Under the pieces are notes generated by a model. It made no database searches, was not told where the DNA came from, and saw only the letters and a list, made by a program, of their open reading frames with translations. Below are positions 54,548 through 63,483 of a DNA stretch of 64,000 bases, piece after piece. The stretch covers positions 1,105,876 to 1,169,875 of the forward strand of contig OZ243888.1 of assembly GCA_965213535.1 (NCBI GenBank), given 5' to 3'. The position numbers and the translations under genes are program-made. The DNA comes from Caldilineaceae bacterium. GTDB taxonomy: Bacteria; Chloroflexota; Anaerolineae; Caldilineales; Caldilineaceae. The number at the start of each line of letters is the position of its first letter. Within the stretch, counting starts at the first letter, position 1.

Positions 54548-55627
54548 TTACTCCCCCATGCGGATGCGCGGGTCGAGCCAGCTGTAGAGAATGTCGGCGA
54601 AGAAGTTGGCGAAAATCACCGCGAGCGTGATGATCAGAAAGACGCCCTGCATCACGGTGTAGTCGCGCTTGTTGACGCTTTGCAGCAGAATGTAGCCGAT
54701 GCCCTGGTAGGTAAAGACCGTCTCGATCAGCACCGAGCCGCCGACGACAAAACCAATCGAAATCGCCAGCAGCGTAAAGAGCGGCAGCGCCGCGTTGCGC
54801 CCCACGTAGGCCGTGGTGATGCGGCTTTCCTTTAGCCCCTTGGCGCGCGCCACGGTTACGTAATCCTCCTCTAATACGCTGATCGTGCTGCTCTTCATCG
54901 TCAACATCCAGCTGCCGACGGTGGTGAGCACGTAGGTGAGGACGGGCAGGGCGGCGTGGCGCAGTGCGTCGAAGAAGAAGATAAAGGTGAAGCCCGGCTG
55001 CACGCCGGGCGAAAGCGAGCCGCGCATCTGCGAGACGGGAATCAGCCGCCACTGCACGCCGAGCCAGATGATCAGCATAATGCCGAGCAGGTAGTTGGGG
55101 ATTGAGCTGAGGATCGAGGCCGCAATCGTCAGCACGTGGTCGAGCGGGCTGTTGCGCTTGTAGGCCATCAGCAGGCCGAGCAGGATGCCCAGCGTAAAGC
55201 TGATGATCAGCCCCAGCCCCACGCTAAAGACCGTCCACGGTAGAAAGCGTTTGATAAAGTCCATCACCGGCGTGCCGGGCGAGAGAATCGACGTGCCCAA
55301 GTCGCCGCGCAGCAGCGCCTTTAGATAATCAACGTATTGCAGGAGCACCGGTTGATTCAGGTCAATCGCAAAGAGGGCCGCGGCCTGGTCGCGCGCCTCG
55401 TGGTAGGGCATGCTGTACTGCACCATCAGCTGCTGAATAAAGAGCTCGATGGGGTTGCTGGGCAGCAGCCGAATCAGAAAGAAGGTGAGCGAGATGGCGA
55501 CAAAGGCCGTCAGCAGTGCCTTGAGCGCTTTGCGCAGCAGGTAGGATTGCGCCAGCCCGCGCAGCCAGGCCGTCGACTGGACGGATTTGGCAGCTTGTTT
55601 GGGAACGGCGTCAAAGGTGGTGGCCAT
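54548..55627 (-). CDS. ABC transporter permease (OppB-like)
   Basis: 359 aa, six hydrophobic helices. ..YVTVARAKGL.. EAA loop. Confidence 0.87.
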   Translation of the reverse strand: MATTFDAVPKQAAKSVQSTAWLRGLAQSYLLRKALKALLTAFVAISLTFFLIRLLPSNPIELFIQQLMVQYSMPYHEARDQAAALFAIDLNQPVLLQYVDYLKALLRGDLGTSILSPGTPVMDFIKRFLPWTVFSVGLGLIISFTLGILLGLLMAYKRNSPLDHVLTIAASILSSIPNYLLGIMLIIWLGVQWRLIPVSQMRGSLSPGVQPGFTFIFFFDALRHAALPVLTYVLTTVGSWMLTMKSSTISVLEEDYVTVARAKGLKESRITTAYVGRNAALPLFTLLAISIGFVVGGSVLIETVFTYQGIGYILLQSVNKRDYTVMQGVFLIITLAVIFANFFADILYSWLDPRIRMGE

Positions 55628-55832
55628 GAAATAGGCGGCACTTGGCGTGTGGCGGACGCGGTGAGAGGAAAGTGGAACGTAGGATACTATGTTCGGACGC
55701 TGTCGTCAAGTCGGTAAAATTTGAGGGGTGCTTTTCAGTTTGGGAGGCATTCAACCCCAGCGCCTAAACGCTGGTTTGTTATCAACGAAGTCTCGCAAGC
55801 GCCCTAAACGGACTGGGAGCGGGGCTGAATAG

Positions 55833-56023
55833 TTCGACAACGTTAAATTAGAATGTCTCAGAGCGATTCTGTTAAAAATTTGTCACAGCGCATCGGCAGT
55901 TTTGCACCATTTTTGAGACAATTCATCCTGCTGCGTTGCCGGTCATTTGTGTGCTTCAGCTACGTGCATTGAACCGTCGAAATCCTGACTTTTCTCAGAG
56001 GTAGGTAATTTAACGTTGTCGAA
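55833..56023. mobile_element. 191-bp MITE-like element with 18-bp perfect terminal inverted repeats
   Basis: TTCGACAACGTTAAATTA (55833-55850) / TAATTTAACGTTGTCGAA (56006-56023). ATAG lies on both flanks. AT-rich interior with no ORF. Confidence 0.7.
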
Positions 56024-56040
56024 ATAGTTACCTTTAATCT

Positions 56041-56592
56041 TCAATCTTTCTCGCTGACGTAGATGGAAGGAACATGGTCGACGAGCCAAACGCCGTTGTT
56101 GGAGCAGTAAAAAACGTATCCATCCGTCTGCATCCGACCCGCCGCCACAGTCAACACCACCGGCTCGCCCCGTCGCTTGCCCACGCGGGACGCCGTCTCG
56201 CGGTCGGCGGAGAGGTGGACGTGGTGGCGCTGGCCGCGGTGCAAGCCCTCGCGGCAGATGCTGGGCAGGAAGCGGGCGACCGTGCCGTGGTAGAGCACGT
56301 CCGGCGGCGCAACGGGTTCCAGCGCGAGATCGACGGGAATCGAGTGGCCCTGGTTGGCGCGGATGTGCGTGCCGCTATGGATCTCATCAGTGCTAATAGC
56401 AAAGCGCTGCTTGTCGCTCGTGCGCACGATCTCGTGCAGCTCCTCGCGTGTGAGCGGCACGCTCGCTGCGTTCGCCTTTTGCAGCAAATCATCGACATCG
56501 GCCCAGCCCTGCGCATCCAGCGTGAGGCCGATGCGCGCCGGGTCGTGGCGCAGGACGAGGCTGAGGAATTTGCTGGCGCGGGTGCGGTTCAT
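56041..56592 (-). CDS. kptA: RNA 2'-phosphotransferase (Tpt1/KptA family)
   Basis: SKFLSLVLRHDPARIGLTLDAQGWADVDDLL and HGT..HLS motifs. Confidence 0.88.
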   Translation of the reverse strand: MNRTRASKFLSLVLRHDPARIGLTLDAQGWADVDDLLQKANAASVPLTREELHEIVRTSDKQRFAISTDEIHSGTHIRANQGHSIPVDLALEPVAPPDVLYHGTVARFLPSICREGLHRGQRHHVHLSADRETASRVGKRRGEPVVLTVAAGRMQTDGYVFYCSNNGVWLVDHVPSIYVSEKD

Positions 56593-56607
56593 TGGTGAAA
56601 GGAGGTG

Positions 56608-56931
56608 TTAAAGTTCGCCTCGATAGAGATCGGCAACGGGAAAACACAAATTATAATCGTCCCAAACCAAGTCGCCATGTTCGAGGTAAAATCCTTGAAA
56701 TTTCCCCATCTCTAGATATTGACGAATCAGAGGATGACTGGACTGACTCAAGAACGGCTCGAAGTCAAACGTTCGTTCAAAGCCGTTGCTAAATCTCAAA
56801 TGAATTTTGTAACCATCGACATAATCTGCCTGTTCAATGCCCACATATACTCCGGGTGCAAGCGCTAGCGAATCCGCTTCGTAACTTTTTGTGTCTTCCG
56901 ATGTTTTCGATAAACGAAGTAGTCTATCCAT
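56608..56931 (-). CDS. DUF2442 domain protein (start probably internal)
   Basis: ..DYVDGYKIHLRFSNGFERTFDFEPFL.. fits the DUF2442 pattern. The 5' part overlaps the upstream DUF4160 ORF. Confidence 0.55.
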   Translation of the reverse strand: MDRLLRLSKTSEDTKSYEADSLALAPGVYVGIEQADYVDGYKIHLRFSNGFERTFDFEPFLSQSSHPLIRQYLEMGKFQGFYLEHGDLVWDDYNLCFPVADLYRGEL

Positions 56932-57173
56932 GCTTGAACAATCTCCTCTGCAAAATGATTGACAGCCTCTTGGAAGTATCGATAGTGCCGCGCGCTCAAA
57001 GGTGACTTACCAGGCACTTCGCGAATGAAATGAATTGCGACAATGCGCCCCTCTTCAATTTCAAATTCTGCGCGGCTCTCCGAGTTACCATGTTTCCCAT
57101 GAACATGGATCGGTAAATGCTCGTTAGCATAAAACAAAATGCTAATCCCAAAGTATTCGTAAAGTTTCGGCAT
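56865..57173 (-). CDS. DUF4160 domain protein
   Basis: MPKLYEYFGISILFYANEHLPIHVHGKHGNSE.. matches the DUF4160 N-terminal pattern. Confidence 0.6.
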   Translation of the reverse strand: MPKLYEYFGISILFYANEHLPIHVHGKHGNSESRAEFEIEEGRIVAIHFIREVPGKSPLSARHYRYFQEAVNHFAEEIVQAWIDYFVYRKHRKTQKVTKRIR

Positions 57174-57177
57174 CGCT

Positions 57178-58320
57178 CTACCGACCCATGTACTCTTCCA
57201 GCGCCCCAAACAACCGACCCATGTCCTCGTCCGTCACCTCACCCATGTGGGCCAGGCGGAACGACTTGCCCTTGTAGTCGCCGTAGCCGTTGGAAATTTG
57301 CATGTCGTGCTCGGCCAGAAACTGGTTTACGGCCTTGATGTCGAGCCCGCGCGTGTTCTCGACGTGCGTCACCGTCTGCGAGCGGGAGCCCTCCGCGGCC
57401 ATGAGCGCGAAGCCGTGGTCGAGCGCCCACTGCTGCGCTTGATTCGCCAGCCGTGCGTGGCGAGCAAAGCGCTCCTCGACGCCCTCCTCAAAGATAATGT
57501 CGAGCTGCACCGAGAGCGCGCGCATGAGCGAGATGGCGGGCGTGGCGGGCGTGGTGCTGCGCTGCAGATATTTTTCCAGGTTAAGAAAATCAAAGTACCA
57601 GCCGCGACCCTTCACGCCTTCCGCCCGCGCCAGCACGCGTTCGCTGACGGCAGCAAAGGACAACCCCGGCGGCAGCGCCAGCGCCTTTTGCGACGACGTG
57701 AGCAGCACGTCCAATCCCCACTCGTCCGTGGGGATTTTGACGCCGCCAAAGGACGACACGGCATCGACCAGCACCAGCGTCTGCGGGCTGATCTCGCGCA
57801 CGGCGGCGGCGATCTCGCCCACGGGCTGCATCACGCCGGTGGAGGTTTCGTTGTGGACGACGGTGATCGCGTCGACCGGCACGTCGCTCTCGTTCATGGC
57901 GTTTTCGAGCGCGCGCGTCACGTCCTCGGGCTGCACCGCCGTACACCAATCCACGTCGACGCGAATCGCCTCCTTGTCGCAGCCGAGCGCCGTCTGGCTC
58001 CAGCGCTGACCAAACGCGCCGCTCACAAAGTTGATCACCCGCCCCTCGCCGCGCCCGCGCACGCAGTTGCGCATCGTCGCCTCGTGCAGGCCAGAGCCGG
58101 AGGCAACGATGATGTAGACGCGGTTGGTCGTGTAGAACAAGCACTGCAGCTGCTCCTCGCATTTGGCAAAGAGCGCCTCGAATTCCGGCGAACGGTGCGC
58201 GATCATCGGCTCCGCCTGCGCCGCCAGCACCTCCGGCCGCACGTCGACGGGGCCGGGGACGAAGAGGCGGTTGGCGGGCTTGGGTCGGGTGGTGGGGGTC
58301 GGTGGGGCGAGGGTGGCCAT
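57178..58320 (-). CDS. Class V aminotransferase (serine/alanine-glyoxylate aminotransferase family)
   Basis: 380 aa. DAVSSFGG and SSQKALALPPGLS (PLP lysine) motifs. Confidence 0.87.
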   Translation of the reverse strand: MATLAPPTPTTRPKPANRLFVPGPVDVRPEVLAAQAEPMIAHRSPEFEALFAKCEEQLQCLFYTTNRVYIIVASGSGLHEATMRNCVRGRGEGRVINFVSGAFGQRWSQTALGCDKEAIRVDVDWCTAVQPEDVTRALENAMNESDVPVDAITVVHNETSTGVMQPVGEIAAAVREISPQTLVLVDAVSSFGGVKIPTDEWGLDVLLTSSQKALALPPGLSFAAVSERVLARAEGVKGRGWYFDFLNLEKYLQRSTTPATPAISLMRALSVQLDIIFEEGVEERFARHARLANQAQQWALDHGFALMAAEGSRSQTVTHVENTRGLDIKAVNQFLAEHDMQISNGYGDYKGKSFRLAHMGEVTDEDMGRLFGALEEYMGR

Positions 58321-58347
58321 TTATGGGTTGCTTTCTGATTTTGATTT

Positions 58348-58641
58348 CTAATTTACTGGCGCAAGTTTTTCGGTTTCTGCTACGGTTGGGTGCTTCGTAA
58401 TTTCTGCGATCTCCCACAGATATTCCGGCGCAAAATCAGCGCCGTTGGGCCACTCAATCGTTCTACTGGTCAGCATAAACGCTTGAAATTTTTCAACATC
58501 CGTCAACGGCTCAAAAACTTCACCATAAAGTTCTTGTTCGAGGTCTACTATTCCTTCAGCGCCGTTATTAAATCTCAGTTTTAATTTGTAATTGCCCATA
58601 TACTTAGCATCAATGACGTGTAAGAACATGGCTTTCTCCAC
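58348..58641 (-). CDS. DUF2442 domain protein
   Basis: ..HVIDAKYMGNYKLKLRFNNGAEGIVDLEQEL.., 97 aa. Confidence 0.6.
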   Translation of the reverse strand: MEKAMFLHVIDAKYMGNYKLKLRFNNGAEGIVDLEQELYGEVFEPLTDVEKFQAFMLTSRTIEWPNGADFAPEYLWEIAEITKHPTVAETEKLAPVN

Positions 58642-58898
58642 TATCTCAACGGCTCGATATCCAACAGCGCTCGTCGATTCCGCGCTCGCGACCAGTTTTG
58701 CTCTAATTCCGGCTGATGCTCGTCCAGCCAGTCCCAGATCAACTTTAATGCTCGACGGGGCATCTTCCCCGTTACGCTTCCACTGTCGATCTCGATTGTG
58801 ACTTCGTAGCCTTGATATTCGGCGTGAAAGTGCGGCGGCAAGTGATCATTGTAGTTCATTGTGATCCGAATGCCGTAGAATCGGGAAATTTCTGGCAT
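58641..58898 (-). CDS. DUF4160 domain protein
   Basis: MPEISRFYGIRITMNYNDHLPPHFHAEYQGYE.., 85 aa. Its stop overlaps the DUF2442 start. Confidence 0.68.
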   Translation of the reverse strand: MPEISRFYGIRITMNYNDHLPPHFHAEYQGYEVTIEIDSGSVTGKMPRRALKLIWDWLDEHQPELEQNWSRARNRRALLDIEPLR

Positions 58899-58936
58899 CG
58901 TGTGTTCTCAGTTCCGTGCAAATTCGTTTGCATACA

Positions 58937-59413
58937 CTACCCGACATCGACATGCTCTCGAATCAGTTGGATTCGCTCGGCATATTCCTCCGCCAAAAGA
59001 TACACTTCTTTCACGCCGGGATCAATCGGTCGCCGCGGCGCATCGTCCGTGAAGTACCGAGGCAAGATGTGTGCGTGCAGATGTGGCACGACATTGCCCA
59101 ACAGGTTGTAGTTCATTTTGTCCGCGCTGAAAGCCGCTTGCAACCCTTTGCCCACGGCGGCTAAGTCGCCGAAGAACATGGCGCGCTCATCGGCGCTCAA
59201 GTCATAAGGTTCGATTACGTGTCTGCGACACATCAAAACGCAGTAGCCCCGAACGTATTGGTTTTTCGCTAAAAACAGCCTGCTAAACCGCAGGTCGGCG
59301 ACGGCAATGCCGTGGTCATCTTCCGCTTGCTCGGTTTCGATCAAATCGCAAACAGGACAGCTTTCGCCGCTGATCAGCGCATCCCAGCTGTGGGGCTTCC
59401 AGTTCTCGGCCAT
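58937..59413 (-). CDS. HIT family hydrolase
   Basis: 158 aa from MAENWK. Histidine triad VVPHLHAHILPR. The longer 250-aa ORF extension is Arg/Ala-rich and unsupported. Confidence 0.78.
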   Translation of the reverse strand: MAENWKPHSWDALISGESCPVCDLIETEQAEDDHGIAVADLRFSRLFLAKNQYVRGYCVLMCRRHVIEPYDLSADERAMFFGDLAAVGKGLQAAFSADKMNYNLLGNVVPHLHAHILPRYFTDDAPRRPIDPGVKEVYLLAEEYAERIQLIREHVDVG

Positions 59414-59849
59414 GTGTCGCTCCTTTGGGCTCTTGAATCGCCGAATGTCTATTGTGCCACCGATTGCGACGTAGCGCCAAGCGCTGCTTGGCGCGGGGCG
59501 AAGCGGCGCTTCGTCCTCGAGATGCACTTCGGGGCAGGCTGTCATTTCGAGCGGATGAACGTGAAAACGCAGGCAACGAAACCATGCCAGCGAGAAATCT
59601 GGAGCTGGCAGACGCTCTCTTCGGTGTCTCAATGCAGCCGGTCGATCAGCTGCCTCCGGATTTCTCGCTGGGCTGGCGCTCCACGCCAAATCAGCTCGTT
59701 GACCCGCTCGAAATGACAGCTTGGCTTCCGTACAACCTGCACCTTCGTCCTACAACTTTGTCGACCACGCAACAAAATTGTGATACAATTTAGCCCCCCA
59801 AATCAAGACGACGTGACCCGATTTTGTACAAAACCCACAAGGAGACTCC

Positions 59850-61238
59850 ATGCTGCCACCCGACGATATCAAAACCGTGCTGGCCGCGGCGCTGCGCAAC
59901 GGCGGCGATTTGGCCGAAGTCTACATTGAGGATCGGCGCTCGCTGACGCTGGCGCTGGACGATGGGCGGCTGGAGACGGCCACGCGCGGCGACGACACGG
60001 GCGGCGGCGTGCGCGTCTTCTACGGCAACACGGCGGCCTACGCCTACACCGACGACCTCAGCATCGACGCGCTGACGCAGGCGGCGCAAGCGGCATCGGC
60101 GGCGGCGCGCGGCAGCAGCGAAGCGCGCGTCGCCGTGGATTTGACCAAGCGCGAGAGCAGCGTCGTCTCGCCAATTGAGCGGCCCTACGACGGAATGAGC
60201 GTGCAGCAGAAAGCGGATTTACTGCGCGAGATGGACGCCGCGGCGCGCGATGTCGACCCGGCGATTGTGCAGGTGGCGGCGGGCTACAGCGAGATGCAGC
60301 GGCGGGTGTGGATTTACAACTCGGATGGCGTCTGGGCCGAGGACGAGCGCTCGATGTTGGAGTTTCGGATGCGGGCCGTCGCCGAACGCAACGGCGAGCG
60401 TCAGCGCGCGAGCAGCGGGGTTGGCGGCCAAGTTGGCCTCGAACTCATCGACCAGCAAAGCCCGCTCGACCTCGCCCGCCGCAAGGCGCAATCCGCGCTG
60501 ACGCTGCTGGACGCCAAGTCCGCGCCCGCCGGCGAGATGACGGTCGTCATCAGCAACGGCTGGGGCGGCGTGCTCTTTCACGAGGCGTGCGGCCACGCCA
60601 TGGAGGCCGACTTCGTGACCAAGGGCGCGTCGGCCTACACGGGGCTGGTCGGCGAGCGGGTGGCGAACCCCATCATCAGCGCGCTCGACGACGGCACGAT
60701 TCCCGGTCGGCGCGGCACGCTAAAGTTTGACGACGAAGGCACGCCGACCCAGCGCACGGTGCTGATCGAGGAGGGCATCCTGCGCGAGTACATGTGGGAT
60801 TTGACCGAGGCACGCCGCGAAAATCGCGCCTCCACCGGCAACGGGCGGCGCCAGTCCTTTCGCCACATGCCCATGCCGCGCATGACCAACACCTTTATCG
60901 ACGCCGGCCCCCACGACCCGCGGGAGATCATCGAATCCGTGGAGTACGGCCTGTACTGCAAGGAGATGGGCGGCGGTCAAGCCGACATCGCGCGCGGTGA
61001 CTTTGTCTTCCAGGTAAGCGAGGGCTGGCTCATCGAAAAGGGCAAGTTGACCACGCCCGTGCGCGGCGCGACCTTGGTCGGCAACGGGCCCGCGGTGCTC
61101 AAGCAGATCGACATGGTCGGCCACGATTTGGCGCTCGACCCGGGCATGGGGATGTGCGGCAAGATGCAGTCCGCCCGCGTCAGCGTCGGCCAGCCCACGG
61201 TGCGCGTGCCGCGGTTGACGGTGGGTGGAACCGAATAG
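59850..61238 (+). CDS. tldD: TldD family metalloprotease
   Basis: 462 aa. HEACGHAMEAD zinc motif and a TldD/PmbA fold pattern. Confidence 0.9.
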   Translation: MLPPDDIKTVLAAALRNGGDLAEVYIEDRRSLTLALDDGRLETATRGDDTGGGVRVFYGNTAAYAYTDDLSIDALTQAAQAASAAARGSSEARVAVDLTKRESSVVSPIERPYDGMSVQQKADLLREMDAAARDVDPAIVQVAAGYSEMQRRVWIYNSDGVWAEDERSMLEFRMRAVAERNGERQRASSGVGGQVGLELIDQQSPLDLARRKAQSALTLLDAKSAPAGEMTVVISNGWGGVLFHEACGHAMEADFVTKGASAYTGLVGERVANPIISALDDGTIPGRRGTLKFDDEGTPTQRTVLIEEGILREYMWDLTEARRENRASTGNGRRQSFRHMPMPRMTNTFIDAGPHDPREIIESVEYGLYCKEMGGGQADIARGDFVFQVSEGWLIEKGKLTTPVRGATLVGNGPAVLKQIDMVGHDLALDPGMGMCGKMQSARVSVGQPTVRVPRLTVGGTE

Positions 61239-61247
61239 ATCAAGAAA

Positions 61248-61405
61248 CTTAGCGCAAAGGCGCAAAGGCGCAAAGGCGCAAAAGCGTATCGGGGAGGACG
61301 TAACGGTGGGACAAATGATTGTTGACTCGTAAACGACATCATTGTTCGACCAATATAACCTGCGGGAAACCCTTCGCGTCTTTGTGCCTTTGCGTTAAAA
61401 CTAAG
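61248..61405. repeat. GCGCAAAGG-family palindrome, copy c
   Basis: CTTAGCGCAAAGGCGCAAAGGCGCAAAGGCGCAAAAGCG ... CGCGTCTTTGTGCCTTTGCGTTAAAACTAAG. Confidence 0.7.
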
Positions 61406-61428
61406 TGATTAACGCTACGGAGATCGAT

Positions 61429-62793
61429 ATGAGCTATTTAGATTTGGCGAAGAGCGTTGCCCGGCGTGCAGCCACCAACGGCGCAGAGGCCGAAGTCTAC
61501 ATTCAGACGGGGCAGGAGACCGAAATTCTCGTCGACCGCGGGGCTGTGGAAAAATTGTCCAGCGCGGGAAGCAAGGGGCTGGGGCTGCGCGTGCTGCGCG
61601 ACGGGCAGATGGGCTATGCCTACACCTCGAATTTTGGCGACGATGCCGTCGCGCAGACAATTGACGCGGCGCTGGCGCTGATGGAAGCGTCCGACCCGGA
61701 CGAGTATCGCTCGCTGCCGCAGGTGGCGGGCATCGACGAGGCGACGCTGAACGACAACCTGGAAATCTACGACGAGAGCGTCGCCAGCACGAGCATCGAC
61801 GACAAGGTGGACTTTGCGCTGCGCGTCGAGCAGGCCTGCCTGGGCTACAGCGAGCGCGTTGCGATGGCGAATCGCTGCACCTACCAGGACGGGGTGCAGA
61901 CCGTCTACCTCGCCAATTCGCGCGGCTTTGCGGACAGCTATCGCAGCAGCTTTGCCGGTGCGTTCCTCATCGCCATTGGCCGCGACGGCGACGAGCAGAC
62001 GCAGGCCTTTGGGCTGGACTTCAAGCCCTCGCTGGCCCAGCTTGATCCGGCGCGGATTGGGGCAATGGGCGGCGAGCGGGCCGTGCGCCTGCTCGGCGGC
62101 CAGCCCGTGCCCACCCAGCGCGTCCCCGTCGTCTTCGACCCCATCGTCTGCGCCGGGCTGCTGGCCGCGCTCTCGCGGGCACTCAGCGCCGACAACATGC
62201 AGCGCGGCTACTCGTTTTTGGCGGGCAAGGCGGGCCAGGAGGTCGCCTGCGACATGGTCACGCTGCTGGACAACGGGCGGCTACCCGGCGGGCTTGGCTC
62301 GCGCCCCTTCGACGACGAGGGCGTGCCCACCCGCGCCACCCGGCTGATCGACGAGGGCGTGCTGCAGGGCGCAGTCTACGACACCTACAGCGCCAATCGT
62401 GCGGGCACGCGGAGCACGGGCAACGCGCAGCGCTCGTCGCACCGCACGCCGCCCGGCGTGGGCACGAGCAACTTTTACCTCCAACCCGGGCAGCAGTCGC
62501 AGGCGGAAATTATTGCGGGCGTGGAGAACGGCTTCTACGTGATCAACGCCATGAACACCGGCGGTATCGATCCCATTGCGGGCGAGTACTCTTCGGCGGC
62601 GTCCGGCCTGTGGATCGAGAATGGGGAACTGACCCACGCCGTCAGCGAAGTCACCATCGCCGCCACGCTGCCCGAAATCCTGCACGGCATCACCGCCGTC
62701 GGCAACGACCTGACCTTTGTGCCCATGTTTGGCTCCGTTGGCGCGCCGAGCGTGCGAATTGACACAATGATGGTCGGCGGGCAGGGGGCGTAG
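61429..62793 (+). CDS. pmbA: PmbA/TldE family protein (TldD partner)
   Basis: Starts at MSYLDLAKSV. TldD/PmbA family pattern without the HExxxH motif. Adjacent to tldD. Confidence 0.88.
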   Translation: MSYLDLAKSVARRAATNGAEAEVYIQTGQETEILVDRGAVEKLSSAGSKGLGLRVLRDGQMGYAYTSNFGDDAVAQTIDAALALMEASDPDEYRSLPQVAGIDEATLNDNLEIYDESVASTSIDDKVDFALRVEQACLGYSERVAMANRCTYQDGVQTVYLANSRGFADSYRSSFAGAFLIAIGRDGDEQTQAFGLDFKPSLAQLDPARIGAMGGERAVRLLGGQPVPTQRVPVVFDPIVCAGLLAALSRALSADNMQRGYSFLAGKAGQEVACDMVTLLDNGRLPGGLGSRPFDDEGVPTRATRLIDEGVLQGAVYDTYSANRAGTRSTGNAQRSSHRTPPGVGTSNFYLQPGQQSQAEIIAGVENGFYVINAMNTGGIDPIAGEYSSAASGLWIENGELTHAVSEVTIAATLPEILHGITAVGNDLTFVPMFGSVGAPSVRIDTMMVGGQGA

Positions 62794-62959
62794 GGATCGG
62801 AGATTGGTAGTTGGTAATTGGAGATTGAGCGGTTCGTCAAATTTGCCAAGCTTTCATCTCCACTCTTGATTCGCTTACACAACCGCGCCGCTTACTTACA
62901 GCCCGCGCCACGCTCGCTACGATAGTTTCCCCGAACGAATTCAGCAGAGAGGGAATCCC

Positions 62960-63304
62960 ATGGCAGACAATTACAGCAGCGATGAGATCAAGGAGATGTA
63001 CGACGAGTTCAAGGAGCGCGTCAACATGACGGGTAAGGAGCTGGAGGAGTGGCTAGAAACAGATGAGTCGAAATCCGTCGGTGATTCCGACAGCGGCGAA
63101 TCGACGGGCCACAAACTGGGTGGAGAAATTCTCAAAATCAAGGACAAGAAGCAGGACGACCTGGATGATGACGACTACGAAACCATGCGCAAGGTCGTCA
63201 ACTACCAGAAGCGCCACCTCGCCCAGGGGCCGGACGATGACGTGGAGCACAGCGACTGGCGCTATTCGCTGATGAACTGGGGGCATGATCCGCTAAAGGA
63301 TTAG
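62960..63304 (+). CDS. DUF3140 domain protein
   Basis: ..FKERVNMTGKELEEWL..ESTGHKLG..KVVNYQKRHLAQ..SDWRYSLMNWGHDP matches the DUF3140 pattern. Confidence 0.65.
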   Translation: MADNYSSDEIKEMYDEFKERVNMTGKELEEWLETDESKSVGDSDSGESTGHKLGGEILKIKDKKQDDLDDDDYETMRKVVNYQKRHLAQGPDDDVEHSDWRYSLMNWGHDPLKD

Positions 63305-63321
63305 CGGCGCTCGAAAACCAC

Positions 63322-63483
63322 AAGATTTAACGCGAAGGCGCAAAGGCGCAAAGGGTTTATTTGTAGGTGGCGTTGGTGGCCCGAATTGATGTCTTCGAGC
63401 GTTGAGCCTCCTTGTTCAACCAAGTGCACAAACCAAACATCTCCCTGCGCCCTTGCGCCTTTGCGCCTTTGTATTAAAATCTT
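63322..63483. repeat. GCGCAAAGG-family palindrome, copy d
   Basis: AAGATTTAACGCGAAGGCGCAAAGGCGCAAAGGG ... CCCTGCGCCCTTGCGCCTTTGCGCCTTTGTATTAAAATCTT. Confidence 0.7.

Noticed and set aside
57247-58338. 363-aa plus-strand ORF opposite the aminotransferase gene (similar cases: 2880-3695, 27207-27989, 44969-45787, 52275-53090, 53327-54043).
   Set aside because: These are antisense shadows of well-supported genes in high-GC DNA. They carry no motifs and have extreme Arg/Ala/Gly content.
59414-59689. N-terminal 92-aa extension of the HIT ORF (250-aa version starting at 59689).
   Set aside because: The extension is Arg/Ala/Pro-rich with no similarity to HIT proteins. A Met (MAENWK) at 59413 gives a normal-length HIT protein.
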